A program made the position numbers and the translations under genes. Of a DNA stretch of 53,855 nt, positions 37,237 to 45,933 are shown piece by piece. Position 1 is the first letter of the stretch, and each line of letters starts with the position of its first letter. The notes beneath the pieces are model-generated. The model made no database searches. It saw only the letters and a list, made by a program, of their open reading frames with translations, and had not been told where the DNA came from. The stretch is from a virus (taxonomy: Duplodnaviria > Caudoviricetes): the IMG/VR virus record IMGVR_UViG_3300025617_000031, positions 1 through 53,855 of that record; one strand, 5' to 3'.

Positions 37237-37680
37237 ATGATTTTCGAAGCTATCGCCGCAATTCAAATCGCAAACGAGGCAATCGGTGCCATTAAAGAGT
37301 TTGCGGGCCACGTCGAGTCCGTCGGTCAGATGGGCAAAGATCTTACTAAACTTGCAGATGCAAAAGACGAACTTCAAAAAAATGCCGCAGATGGTGACAT
37401 GGAGGCGTTTTGGGCTCTAGAAGACATCAAACGCCATGAAGCTGAAGTCAAGCAAATGTTTATCTATAATGGACGACCCGGACTTTGGGATGATTACTGC
37501 AAGTTCATTGAAAACAGAAAAATGATGCGTGAAAACGAACGCAAACGTCAAGAAGAAAAAGCAAAAGCAAAGAAGAAACTCATTAAAGACACTTTAGTAT
37601 ATGGAAGTGCGGGACTCGCATGTCTTGCTGTTGTCGGTGGTGCAATTTGGTTACTACTATGGTTAATTTCACTCAAGTGA
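37237..37680 (+). CDS. Hypothetical helical protein with a C-terminal TM anchor
   Basis: ATG 37237 with purine-rich SD; C-terminal LACLAVVGGAIWLLLWLI. Confidence 0.75.
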   Translation: MIFEAIAAIQIANEAIGAIKEFAGHVESVGQMGKDLTKLADAKDELQKNAADGDMEAFWALEDIKRHEAEVKQMFIYNGRPGLWDDYCKFIENRKMMRENERKRQEEKAKAKKKLIKDTLVYGSAGLACLAVVGGAIWLLLWLISLK

Positions 37681-37811
37681 TAAGATCAAGAAGAATTAAA
37701 GAACCGAAATACGATTATCGGCATCAACTGTTATTTGAGAGAATACAGAAGGTGCGTGATGACTTTGAAGAAAAGAAAAAAATAATAAAACAAAAATGGA
37801 GAAGTCTATGA
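37677..37811 (+). CDS. Small basic hypothetical protein
   Basis: GTGA and ATGA overlaps with both neighbours. Confidence 0.45.
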   Translation: MIRSRRIKEPKYDYRHQLLFERIQKVRDDFEEKKKIIKQKWRSL

Positions 37812-38389
37812 TAGAATTTGTAGTAGATCAACTAGTAACTTGGTGGCAGTTCACTGTCGTTGGTGTTGTCATTCTTATCGGATGGGTTGCTAATCTGTTT
37901 GGTGTAGACAACAAAAAAGAACTCATTGGATTCTCATATAAAGAGATGCCGCATATGCAACCGATTAAGATTGACACTGCAGGTAAAGGATTCTGGGGTG
38001 CGATTTGGTTGTGGTTTATGGGTGTACGTCAGTGGAGAATTGCAAAGGATTTTGAATATACTATTCATGGAGACAAGTATGTTATCCCTGCAGGTTTTGA
38101 ATTTGACGGTGCGTCGGTACCCAAGTTTCTTGCCGCATGGTTGTCACCAACTGGTGTTTTGTTGATGGGTGGTTTGATTCATGATTATGCATATAAATAT
38201 CAAACACTACTAAGAAGAGACGGATTGACACTAGGCACTCTGTCACAAAGACAAGCAGATGTTATCTTTAGAGATATCAACATCGAACAGAACGGATTTC
38301 ATCTATTAAACTATCTTGCATATTGGGCATTGCGTATTGGTGGTTTTGTTGCATGGAACGGTCACAGAAAACGGAATGCAAGAATATGA
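37808..38389 (+). CDS. DUF1353-family protein with N-terminal TM helix
   Basis: VIPAGFEFDGASVP...GGLIHDYAY...ADVIF...Y.ALRIGG..AW. Confidence 0.82.
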   Translation: MIEFVVDQLVTWWQFTVVGVVILIGWVANLFGVDNKKELIGFSYKEMPHMQPIKIDTAGKGFWGAIWLWFMGVRQWRIAKDFEYTIHGDKYVIPAGFEFDGASVPKFLAAWLSPTGVLLMGGLIHDYAYKYQTLLRRDGLTLGTLSQRQADVIFRDINIEQNGFHLLNYLAYWALRIGGFVAWNGHRKRNARI

Positions 38390-38616
38390 TTGAAGTTTTA
38401 TTAGTATTTTCGATTAACGGTGGACTTGAAGATATATCGGATCGAGTGTTTACATCTTATGAAGAATGTTCTGCATTTGTAAACACTGTTGCGAATATGG
38501 ATGTTGTGAACTCAGACTATGGATTTAAATTCGTCGCATCCGACGGTATGCTCTTTGAAGGGCAATGCATCGAGATGCGAGAATGGTTTCTCAAGAAAGG
38601 TGACTTTAAAAGTTAA
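38386..38616 (+). CDS. Small two-Cys hypothetical protein
   Basis: ATGA overlap with the upstream stop; MIEVLLVFSING...FTSYEEC...QCIE. Confidence 0.65.
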   Translation: MIEVLLVFSINGGLEDISDRVFTSYEECSAFVNTVANMDVVNSDYGFKFVASDGMLFEGQCIEMREWFLKKGDFKS

Positions 38617-38936
38617 ATCCCCGGTGGTAACATCATTCTCATATTATCCCCACTTGCAATAATGCAGGTGACACCAACTTGTTTGTTCACTACAATGAAT
38701 GACCAAGTGGTTGATCCTGCATTAATCCACAAAGAGTGAAACAGATCATGTCCTTGACCATTTTGACTTGGTGCCATCATAACAACTTCTTCTGAATATT
38801 TATCTCTGATACCTTCAAGAACATGTTCAGTATCACCACAATACATAGGTAATTGTTTTTCGTCAAATGAAATGCCATTGTGATCTGCGAGTGATGCTGT
38901 CGTCCATAACAACATGAGTGCAATTAGATATCTCAT
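38613..38936 (-). CDS. Secreted/periplasmic hypothetical protein
   Basis: Signal peptide MRYLIALMLLWTTASLA; two Cys; WINAGSTTWSF..C.IASG. Confidence 0.75.
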   Translation of the reverse strand: MRYLIALMLLWTTASLADHNGISFDEKQLPMYCGDTEHVLEGIRDKYSEEVVMMAPSQNGQGHDLFHSLWINAGSTTWSFIVVNKQVGVTCIIASGDNMRMMLPPGI

Positions 38937-38955
38937 GTTTTTGCCTTTTTTGAAT

Positions 38956-38993
38956 GGGTGGGGACTTCTGTTGCCGAGTGTCCTCGAAACTCC
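38956..38993 (-). ncRNA. Candidate structured RNA element in a late leader
   Basis: GC-rich intergenic GGAGTTTCGAGGACACTCGGCAACAGAAGTCCCCACCC; can fold a GGAC/GTCC stem, an internal loop and a GCAA tetraloop; starts just downstream of TATAAATA. Confidence 0.4.
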
Positions 38994-39004
38994 AAGTTAT
39001 TTAC

Positions 39005-39012
39005 TATTTATA
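39005..39012 (-). promoter_or_regulatory. Late promoter TATAAATA
   Basis: Exact match on the - strand at a gene end, upstream of the structured leader and ORF 38613-38936. Confidence 0.65.
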
Positions 39013-39199
39013 CATATTTTGCGGTCATATAGTCTATCCATAGAACTGCCTCATATTCTGAATCAAACCAATCAATTGCCGATTCACATATTATTGGGTT
39101 CCATACGAATGCCATAACCTGACCATCCAACTTGGATACTTTGACTAACCACTCTCCAATCTGCGCAGTTTCGTAGGACTCAAAGAACTTGTTGCTCAT
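39008..39199 (-). CDS. Hypothetical protein
   Basis: ORF MSNKFFESY... coupled to the exonuclease 3' end. Confidence 0.65.
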   Translation of the reverse strand: MSNKFFESYETAQIGEWLVKVSKLDGQVMAFVWNPIICESAIDWFDSEYEAVLWIDYMTAKYV

Positions 39200-39842
39200 C
39201 TTTGTATCTCGCAATTGTCTGTATACACTCTTTTATATAGTTGTCTCGTTTTTCCACAAAAACCTGTGGAGGACAGTCATCTACTGCAATTGCGATTACA
39301 ATTTGGTCAATAGGTATACCAGTACGTTCTTCCCACATCACACAGTATGCGGATGCCTGTTGGAAATAGTTACTGATCCATTCTTTCTTCTTCTCTTTAC
39401 GTGATGTCTTGAAGTCGATTACTGATAATCGTCCATCCCACTCAGCAATACAGTCAACACGCCCTGCGACTCCGAGATACTCAGACCAGAGAGGAACTTC
39501 TTGTGCGTATACATTGTTGAGGTGTGTATCAAGAACAGGTTTGATATTCTGGAAGGTTTCTCTGTCGACTGGTTGAAACTTCTTGATATCCAATTCGTTG
39601 TTGATGTAGTCTTCGCACATTTTGTGTACCGAGGTGCCCCGACGGGACGCACGAGTCGATATCTTATTTGCTTCTTCTTCACCGACTCTCTTTCTCCATG
39701 CCTTGATAGAATCTCTCGACAAGATCGACAAGACCGTTGTAATAGAGGGCAAGTTGCCTTTCGGTGTTTTGTAGAATCGTTTTCCATTAACGGTCTCCGT
39801 CTTCAACTCTTCGATTGCGAATTCTTTGTGATTAAATATCAT
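39180..39842 (-). CDS. PD-(D/E)XK exonuclease (RecB/Cas4-like) of marine T4-like phages
   Basis: PSITTVLS...WRKRVGEEEANKI...RGTSVH..CE; AGRVDCIAEWDGRLSVIDFKTS; YFQQ..AY. Confidence 0.93.
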   Translation of the reverse strand: MIFNHKEFAIEELKTETVNGKRFYKTPKGNLPSITTVLSILSRDSIKAWRKRVGEEEANKISTRASRRGTSVHKMCEDYINNELDIKKFQPVDRETFQNIKPVLDTHLNNVYAQEVPLWSEYLGVAGRVDCIAEWDGRLSVIDFKTSRKEKKKEWISNYFQQASAYCVMWEERTGIPIDQIVIAIAVDDCPPQVFVEKRDNYIKECIQTIARYKDEQQVL

Positions 39843-40570
39843 AATTTTAAGAAGGTCTTTTGTTTTGGTTTTTTGTTTGAGTGTATTAGTTTAGTTTTTT
39901 CTGGAAACCACATGTAGCATAATGGTTGTTTTTCTCTTATAGAAATTTCTGCGACACCATCTTTAAACTCAAGATCTTTGAGATTTATCAAGGTGTTTAC
40001 ATTAAGTTGAATATCTTTATTCCAAGGAGAGTCAACAACACCGGGCATTACATCCCATATGTTATTACAATGATAAGTTGGATTAAGAAATACATAAGGC
40101 AAATCTGATGTTATCAATATCGGAATCATAAATTTTATATTAATTCTTTCTGCAAACATATTGTAAGAAGATTTTAGTTGACTGAATGGATGTGTTTGTA
40201 TACTTACCCCTGCGGCAGATGGTGAGTATGATTCCATTCTCATATCTTCTGTAATGCAAATAGAAAGATCGTGGGGACACTTTACTATATACGATTTCTT
40301 AAATATCTCTAAAATTCCCGGACATGATTTGACAGTAGAGGGTTTTTCTGATACATTATTCGATACCGTAAATGGAGGTTCCGCAATGTTGATGTGTTTT
40401 TCTCTTGTTCTATTAATCCATATATTTTTTACATTTTCAGTAAACTTTGGAAGTCCTAACCACCAAGCAGAGGATTGGGGAGTACATGGTTGAATAAAAT
40501 CTTCAACATTCATATCATAATTTTCAATAGGAGAATGGATAGTATCCCATTTCCAATATAGTTTTTTCAC
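39839..40570 (-). CDS. Hypothetical AT-rich protein (TVKSCPG motif; possibly dUTPase-like beta fold)
   Basis: STVKSCPGILE..Y...P.D; KF..P; VMPGVVD; I....PL pattern; ATGA/GTGA overlaps with neighbours. Confidence 0.65.
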   Translation of the reverse strand: MKKLYWKWDTIHSPIENYDMNVEDFIQPCTPQSSAWWLGLPKFTENVKNIWINRTREKHINIAEPPFTVSNNVSEKPSTVKSCPGILEIFKKSYIVKCPHDLSICITEDMRMESYSPSAAGVSIQTHPFSQLKSSYNMFAERINIKFMIPILITSDLPYVFLNPTYHCNNIWDVMPGVVDSPWNKDIQLNVNTLINLKDLEFKDGVAEISIREKQPLCYMWFPEKTKLIHSNKKPKQKTFLKL

Positions 40571-40869
40571 TTATCTATTCCAAAGTTGTGTTTTTTAAGG
40601 ATCTGTTCTGTTTTGATTGTGCTTGTTGATTTTCTTCCGTGCTCTTTTGCAACCTCAGAGTTCGGATGTGCTTCCGAGATGCGCGCAAGATTTTCTTTCC
40701 AACCGTCATCCATTTTACTCCCATAGTTAGTTCCACGCACCAGTGTCGGTGCACTTAGGATTTGTCTGATGTGGGGATTTTCTTCTAAGTATTCAGTTCG
40801 TTTTGAAATACTGAGTTCAAGACTGAACCTTTTTCCAGTATCAGTATCTTCAAAGTCATACATCGGCAT
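40567..40869 (-). CDS. FmdB-like small regulatory protein (no Cys ligands)
   Basis: MPMYDF.D..TG..F...YL.ENP.I.Q.LSAP...DDGWKENL.RI.EAHP.S. Confidence 0.7.
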   Translation of the reverse strand: MPMYDFEDTDTGKRFSLELSISKRTEYLEENPHIRQILSAPTLVRGTNYGSKMDDGWKENLARISEAHPNSEVAKEHGRKSTSTIKTEQILKKHNFGIDK

Positions 40870-41398
40870 ATCTAAACCACTCCGGTATCATTCTATTAGT
40901 CCACTTACAGAAACTTGCTTTCTCTATTATATAGTAGTTACGATAAGCATCAATAACACGATCTAGTTTACAACTTGGAGGCATTGCTTGTGGTGGTTCC
41001 TCAAAGAACCCATTAGGAATGTTTTTTGGAGGTGTAGTAAGCACACCATATAACTTCTCTGCAGTTGCGTGTACACGACCGTAACGGTGCCTGTACTCAT
41101 CACACAGAGCATGGAACAGTTGAGATAACCATAGATAGTTGTTGTGGTTCTGTCGAACCCACACTGCTGATGGGTGATTCACATGAGTTGCTTTGTATAA
41201 AGCATCTTCACGAAAATCTTGAAGACGATATCGTTGAATACGACGAGAACCAGTCGAATCGATATAAGGTTCGCCATCAAGTACACGATGCGCAGTAGAC
41301 AGCAACTGTGCGTACTCAATGATCATTTTGACTACGTGTTTGTCGCAGTGCATCTCTGCACAGACTTTAGGATCTTTGTCTAAATAAAATACGTTCAT
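40856..41398 (-). CDS. Pyrimidine-dimer DNA glycosylase-like protein
   Basis: MNVFYLD.DP..CAEMHCDKHVVKMI.EYAQLLSTAH; LYKATH.NHPS.VWVR; EY..RYG.VH; PPQAMP; AYR.YY. Confidence 0.8.
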   Translation of the reverse strand: MNVFYLDKDPKVCAEMHCDKHVVKMIIEYAQLLSTAHRVLDGEPYIDSTGSRRIQRYRLQDFREDALYKATHVNHPSAVWVRQNHNNYLWLSQLFHALCDEYRHRYGRVHATAEKLYGVLTTPPKNIPNGFFEEPPQAMPPSCKLDRVIDAYRNYYIIEKASFCKWTNRMIPEWFRYADV

Positions 41399-41604
41399 GC
41401 GAAATAATCTACCATCTGTGATTTATTAATTACAGTCTTTAGATTACCACTTCTATCATAGGTTGTCAACACTGTTTCGTCAATTATTTGTTTATCGTTG
41501 AACACTCGATAAGATTTGTTTGAACTGACTTCTGTTCTAGGTATGGGATCGTATCGAGTATTGACTCTTGCCGATTCATAGATTGGTGGAAATAGATCTG
41601 ACAT
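41395..41604 (-). CDS. Hypothetical protein
   Basis: ATG 41604 with SD AGGAG; co-oriented and tightly packed. Confidence 0.6.
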   Translation of the reverse strand: MSDLFPPIYESARVNTRYDPIPRTEVSSNKSYRVFNDKQIIDETVLTTYDRSGNLKTVINKSQMVDYFA

Positions 41605-41794
41605 GATCGGATACCCACTCCTTCTGTAATGTTTTGTACTCAGCACGATACAACCGTCTTAACCACCATTTATGTTTCGCAATATATTCAGGCCACTCTA
41701 GGCACTCATGATTGTATCCTTTGCCTCTCATAAACTCGCAAGTCTCTTCTTGATACTGTAACCACTTTTCATAACAATATGATTTAAACGTCAA
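41576..41794 (-). CDS. Hypothetical protein
   Basis: FKSYCYEKW...EYI.KHKWWLRR.YR; overlaps the upstream stop. Confidence 0.65.
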   Translation of the reverse strand: MTFKSYCYEKWLQYQEETCEFMRGKGYNHECLEWPEYIAKHKWWLRRLYRAEYKTLQKEWVSDHVRSISTNL

Positions 41795-42051
41795 AACAAA
41801 TTACTCCACTTCTTTAATTTTTCATGCTTCATTCCTGCATACTCATCCAACTTGGTGTATGAGATCATATCCTCACCGTGTAAAAGATCAACTAAGCAAT
41901 ATAAATCACCGAGTTCTTTTTCTAGACGATCCATTGCAGTCTCTCCATTATAGACTGCGGACTCCCCAAACCGTTTGATCTTTGAGCATTCAACAATTAC
42001 TTCCGCACACTCTTCCATTAAAATAGTTAATAACTCTTCTCTACGTGTCAT
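41791..42051 (-). CDS. MazG-like/all-alpha NTP pyrophosphatase-like small protein
   Basis: LMEECAEVI.ECSK..RFG...LEKELGDL motif. Confidence 0.65.
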   Translation of the reverse strand: MTRREELLTILMEECAEVIVECSKIKRFGESAVYNGETAMDRLEKELGDLYCLVDLLHGEDMISYTKLDEYAGMKHEKLKKWSNLF

Positions 42052-42464
42052 ACTCTAATCCATACTGAATCTGTTGCTAAACGGTAACTGCCTACAAACT
42101 CGTGATAGTATCCGTTAAATTTTTCCGGTTCAACCATACTTACCCATTCTTCACCATTCTCTCGTTGATACAGATAATACACTTGACCAACGATAGGCAC
42201 GAAACTAATTGACGCATTGTACATACGCTGTGTATCATCAGAGGTTTCGACAAGTTTACGAAACTCTTCTTGCAGTTCCTCATATCGACTACGCAACTTA
42301 TGTGATGCTTCTTGTGTCTTAGGCAACTTATAAGTTGACTCAGTGTCGATTACCGTAATCGCAGGAGCAGACACACTATCCCCATAAGGCATCGTTGATT
42401 TGTTATCTGCGACTCGATCAGGTTTTCTCACCAACTCCACCACACATATTCTCTGCCTGTTCAT
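42048..42464 (-). CDS. DUF2452-like protein
   Basis: MPYG.SVSAPAI; Y.A..SF.PIVGQVYYLY....E.W.S.VEP...GSYRL..D..W. Confidence 0.7.
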   Translation of the reverse strand: MNRQRICVVELVRKPDRVADNKSTMPYGDSVSAPAITVIDTESTYKLPKTQEASHKLRSRYEELQEEFRKLVETSDDTQRMYNASISFVPIVGQVYYLYQRENGEEWVSMVEPEKFNGYYHEFVGSYRLATDSVWIRV

Positions 42465-42666
42465 CTTCTATTTCGTACGGATACAATCTATAATACTGAA
42501 AACTATCCTCTGGATATCCAAAACTACAAACCCATTCAGTCAAATCAAAATCCGTTTTGATTGTGAAGTTTTCATCGACTGCTTCATCTGGCAGTGGTCG
42601 AGGAAATCCATATGCCCAACCCTGAGGGGTCGGATCAATCATCAATTGATACTTCTTCTCGCTCAC
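42418..42666 (-). CDS. Hypothetical protein
   Basis: MIDP..GW.YGFP..LP...EW....GYP motif; overlaps neighbours. Confidence 0.7.
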   Translation of the reverse strand: MSEKKYQLMIDPTPQGWAYGFPRPLPDEAVDENFTIKTDFDLTEWVCSFGYPEDSFQYYRLYPYEIEDEQAENMCGGVGEKT

Positions 42667-42974
42667 TTTGGTTCACCTGTCACTACATAATCGGTCAAGT
42701 CACCGTTCTTTTCCATTTCTTTAAGGTTATGTAAAGCATCTGGATTGCCTTTAAAGGCACACTGTCTAAGGTACTTCACAGCAAGTTTCATATTTTTTCT
42801 CACCTTAAACATACCTTTTCTGTGATGTAATACACCTAACAGATACGCACACCCAACATGAAGTTCTGCTTGCTCGTATCCTTCATCGGCAAGTTGCTTT
42901 AGAATCTTGAATCCCAAAGTTCCCGAACCAGATTCAATCTCTTCAATCGCACCATTAAAACATAAAATACTCAT
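42663..42974 (-). CDS. Sel1-like repeat protein
   Basis: LADEGYEQAELHVG.AY..G...VRKNMKLAVKYLRQCAFKGNPDALHNL. Confidence 0.7.
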   Translation of the reverse strand: MSILCFNGAIEEIESGSGTLGFKILKQLADEGYEQAELHVGCAYLLGVLHHRKGMFKVRKNMKLAVKYLRQCAFKGNPDALHNLKEMEKNGDLTDYVVTGEPK

Positions 42975-43402
42975 AACTCTACTATCTCCACCATGTCACC
43001 AAACTTTTTTTTGAGTTTGTTGTAAATATCACCATTGCTCTTACGCAAACCTTGACGACTCTTCCATAAAGTATAACACGAACCACTGTCAGTTGCAACC
43101 GTGAAGAAGTCTTGATTGACTTTGATGTTGAGTTCTTTCATTGGACTGCTCATACGCCAACTGTCTCCATAGAGATAACCACCAGTCCAACCAGAAAGAA
43201 TCTTCTGAAACTGTCCTGCGGGAGTCTTGACTTCGATGATTACCCATGCGTCTGGCGTAATGCCTTGTTCTGGAGGTACTCCTTCTAATGCGGAACTTGC
43301 CTCAAACATTTCCATCTTCACCTTATCATAGAGTTCATCGCGGATTTGCTTCTTCTTTGCTTGGAGTTCTTCGATCTCTGCGTCTGTTAGTTTGTCGATC
43401 AT
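42971..43402 (-). CDS. Conserved phage hypothetical protein
   Basis: TPDAWVII...KILSGW.GGYL.GDSWRMSS...SGS.Y motif. Confidence 0.75.
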   Translation of the reverse strand: MIDKLTDAEIEELQAKKKQIRDELYDKVKMEMFEASSALEGVPPEQGITPDAWVIIEVKTPAGQFQKILSGWTGGYLYGDSWRMSSPMKELNIKVNQDFFTVATDSGSCYTLWKSRQGLRKSNGDIYNKLKKKFGDMVEIVEL

Positions 43403-43407
43403 TCTCT

Positions 43408-43650
43408 TTACACCTTATCAATAAAAATTTTCAATGTGCGGTCATCATCTTGTAAATCCCAATCCATAAACTCACCCTTATTGAAGTATCGAACATACTC
43501 ACGACTTTCTGATCCAATCACTTCAAGACGAGATACCTTTGAGAACTTTCGCTCACGCTCCAACTCACCCACTCTCTTGAATAACCACCAAGCATACTCT
43601 TGAAGTGTCTCGTGCTCCATGTTCTTGATAGTTCCTGGTATTTCACTCAT
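43408..43650 (-). CDS. Hypothetical protein
   Basis: KVSRLEVI....REYV...LQDDDRTLKIFI; SD GAGG. Confidence 0.7.
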   Translation of the reverse strand: MSEIPGTIKNMEHETLQEYAWWLFKRVGELERERKFSKVSRLEVIGSESREYVRYFNKGEFMDWDLQDDDRTLKIFIDKV

Positions 43651-43654
43651 CCTC

Positions 43655-44131
43655 TCATTTCCTTGTGCAATCCATTTTGTGGATATGCTCTTTGGTTACT
43701 CGTAAGTCAGTTACCAATCCACACTCATAGCACTTATACCAAATGTCATCTGCCCAGCGAATCTTTCTACCGCTGTCTTGTTCATACTTTGCGATGATGT
43801 CGTCGAACTCCCAAAGTTCTTCTGTTTCAAAGTCGTCTAACCAATCACCAAAGTCATTCCAATCTTCGGTTCGCATAGGTGCAAGACTATACTCATACCA
43901 ACCGTTCCAATAATCATCGCCTGGAACATTCCGAATGTCAATACGACCTGTCGAATAATCTTCGGCGACTTCCTGTCGTTCAAAAGTATCACCGACTTTA
44001 TACCTGCCCATATCGACAAGCATACTGTCCTCTTGAACAACATGTGTCACTGTTTTGGTCAGTCCACGCTCCTCGTACCACTGAATATTAGCAACACCCA
44101 TCCAGTTAGTTGAATATGAGATCACTTCCAA
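43655..44131 (-). CDS. Hypothetical acidic, Trp-rich protein with a C-terminal CxxC
   Basis: 158-aa ORF in the packed - strand array. Confidence 0.7.
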   Translation of the reverse strand: MEVISYSTNWMGVANIQWYEERGLTKTVTHVVQEDSMLVDMGRYKVGDTFERQEVAEDYSTGRIDIRNVPGDDYWNGWYEYSLAPMRTEDWNDFGDWLDDFETEELWEFDDIIAKYEQDSGRKIRWADDIWYKCYECGLVTDLRVTKEHIHKMDCTRK

Positions 44132-44322
44132 CCTCCAAACACATCAGGTGCTTGTTCTGCCGCCATTTCCATATAAAGGTCTGTAGGATAATGTCTCAAT
44201 AAACTACGTGCACGATCACGAATTTCTTTAGGTATTCTTTTAGTAATTCTCGGATTACTCAAGTCTAATAAAAACCGTTCAGTATTTACTACTGCGTTCT
44301 TTCGTTCATATGGTAACGTCAT
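44122..44322 (-). CDS. Conserved phage hypothetical protein
   Basis: MTLPYER..AV...RFL.DL..P..T.RIPKEIR..AR.LLRHYP. Confidence 0.8.
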   Translation of the reverse strand: MTLPYERKNAVVNTERFLLDLSNPRITKRIPKEIRDRARSLLRHYPTDLYMEMAAEQAPDVFGGWK

Positions 44323-44417
44323 AATATAAAGTCCCGTACGAAACCAACAATGCCTAATGCAACCATGCCAAGGATAAACCCATAGGCGATTGGTATGAGA
44401 ATATCAGAATCTTTCAT
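44319..44417 (-). CDS. 32-aa single-TM peptide
   Basis: Manual: MKDSDILIPIAYGFILGMVALGIVGFVRDFIL; fills the gap with an ATGA overlap. Confidence 0.55.
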   Translation of the reverse strand: MKDSDILIPIAYGFILGMVALGIVGFVRDFIL

Positions 44418-44727
44418 TTTCAATCTTCTCTCGTTCACTATGTCCGATAGGAGTTATTGAGTTTTTGATAATAATCTCATCATCCCATGCTTCACCAAGT
44501 ACAGGTTCATCCTTACGATACTGTGCGAGTGCTTCTTCAAGTGTCACTTCACGGGTTGACACAATTACCTCATCTAGGTGATCTTGTGTGAACTCCTTTG
44601 CGTCTTCACAGGTCACAGTATCCTTTGCATACTCTTCGGAAGTGCAGTTCTCTAAATCATCAGGAACTTCCACACAATACCGCATACGAAACATCGATAC
44701 AGTATCTACCATTATATATTTACTCAT
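44404..44727 (-). CDS. Hypothetical protein
   Basis: MSKYIMVDTVSMFRMRYCVEVP...A.DTVT.E.AKEF.Q.HL.E.IVS.RE. Confidence 0.75.
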   Translation of the reverse strand: MSKYIMVDTVSMFRMRYCVEVPDDLENCTSEEYAKDTVTCEDAKEFTQDHLDEVIVSTREVTLEEALAQYRKDEPVLGEAWDDEIIIKNSITPIGHSEREKIENERF

Positions 44728-45865
44728 ACATTTTTTCCTCAATACTATACAGTGTATTAGACTCCAAGTTTTCTCTAAGGACGTTAAAATACTCTCTATC
44801 CGCATTAATCGGAACTAACAATGAATGGTACGAATCCTCCGATGCCAAAAAGAAAAGAAGTCCATAGTTGTTTACTACAGTATAACCACATTTTTCAATG
44901 GTGTCAATTGCAGTCTTTACTAGTTTTTCGTGGTTGTCTAACAAACCATTTTCTATGATATCTATATATTTCAATGCGGATGCAATACCTGCATAGTAGA
45001 AACTATAAGTGAACCCGTGATTCCATTCGAATTTTTCTGGTAACGTGTTCTTAACATTATCAGAATACAAAACCATACTAAGAGGGAAGAATCCACCAGT
45101 GATTGCTTTCCCCATTGTGCAGATGTCTGGACTAACTGGCAAACTTTTCCAACCACAATATGTTCCCGTCTTCCCACCCCCAAAGAACATATCATCAACG
45201 ATTAAAAGTACACCGTGCTCTTTTTGAATTTTTGATATCTTTTCCCAATGACTTCCATCAGATGGTTCCGGAAGTTCTTTATAGGAATAAGTTTCTGCAA
45301 CAATACATGCAACATTCGACCAATCAATACTGTCAACATCAAAGTCTTTTGGGATATTAACCACATTATGATATCTTTCCATTCCATAAAAAGGATCATT
45401 CATTAATGAAGAGTACCCTAAATTGTGATTGAGAAATGTACTGCCGTGATAGCTGTCATCAAACGAAACAATTAGTTTCCTTTCATCACCTTTACTTTGG
45501 TGATATGCGAATGCAAGTTTTATCGCACCCTCATTTGCATCACTACCACTTAATGAATAGAAAGTGTTGTATCCACCACTGATATCATATACCTTCTTTT
45601 GCAATTCAAAAGCAATGTCGTTAAGTCGAATAGGTTCTTCTTTAAAGATTGTCTCTGCGATATCTGGTTTAGTGTATTTCATTTTTGAATACACATAATC
45701 AACTATTTGATCACAATAGAAACCTAAAGTAAAGCACCCCCAATTTAGTAAAGGGTCAACTTGTCTTTTACCTTTCTCTACCGTACCATACTTCCAAGAC
45801 TCGACTGATAGTTCTACAGGTTTTTGAATATCAGGTATTAGACCATTATATTCACTCGTCATCAC
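44720..45865 (-). CDS. PLP-dependent aminotransferase, class III
   Basis: SGSDANEGAIK; SYHGST; LLIVDDMFFGGGKTG; PDICTMGKAITGGFFPLS (Schiff-base Lys); HGFTYS. Confidence 0.92.
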   Translation of the reverse strand: MMTSEYNGLIPDIQKPVELSVESWKYGTVEKGKRQVDPLLNWGCFTLGFYCDQIVDYVYSKMKYTKPDIAETIFKEEPIRLNDIAFELQKKVYDISGGYNTFYSLSGSDANEGAIKLAFAYHQSKGDERKLIVSFDDSYHGSTFLNHNLGYSSLMNDPFYGMERYHNVVNIPKDFDVDSIDWSNVACIVAETYSYKELPEPSDGSHWEKISKIQKEHGVLLIVDDMFFGGGKTGTYCGWKSLPVSPDICTMGKAITGGFFPLSMVLYSDNVKNTLPEKFEWNHGFTYSFYYAGIASALKYIDIIENGLLDNHEKLVKTAIDTIEKCGYTVVNNYGLLFFLASEDSYHSLLVPINADREYFNVLRENLESNTLYSIEEKMYE

Positions 45866-45932
45866 TTTCCTCAGATTTCACCATCATCCATAAAAAAAAT
45901 AAACAACAGATTAATCCTGCTACAAATTCCAT
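45852..45932 (-). CDS. 26-aa hydrophobic peptide
   Basis: Manual: MEFVAGLICCLFFLWMMVKSEESDDE; fills the gap. Confidence 0.4.
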   Translation of the reverse strand: MEFVAGLICCLFFLWMMVKSEESDDE

Positions 45933-45933
45933 T

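Noticed and set aside
39180-39842. Cas4/CRISPR system
   Set aside because: It is a stand-alone PD-(D/E)XK exonuclease typical of T4-like phages; no repeat-spacer array or other cas genes are present
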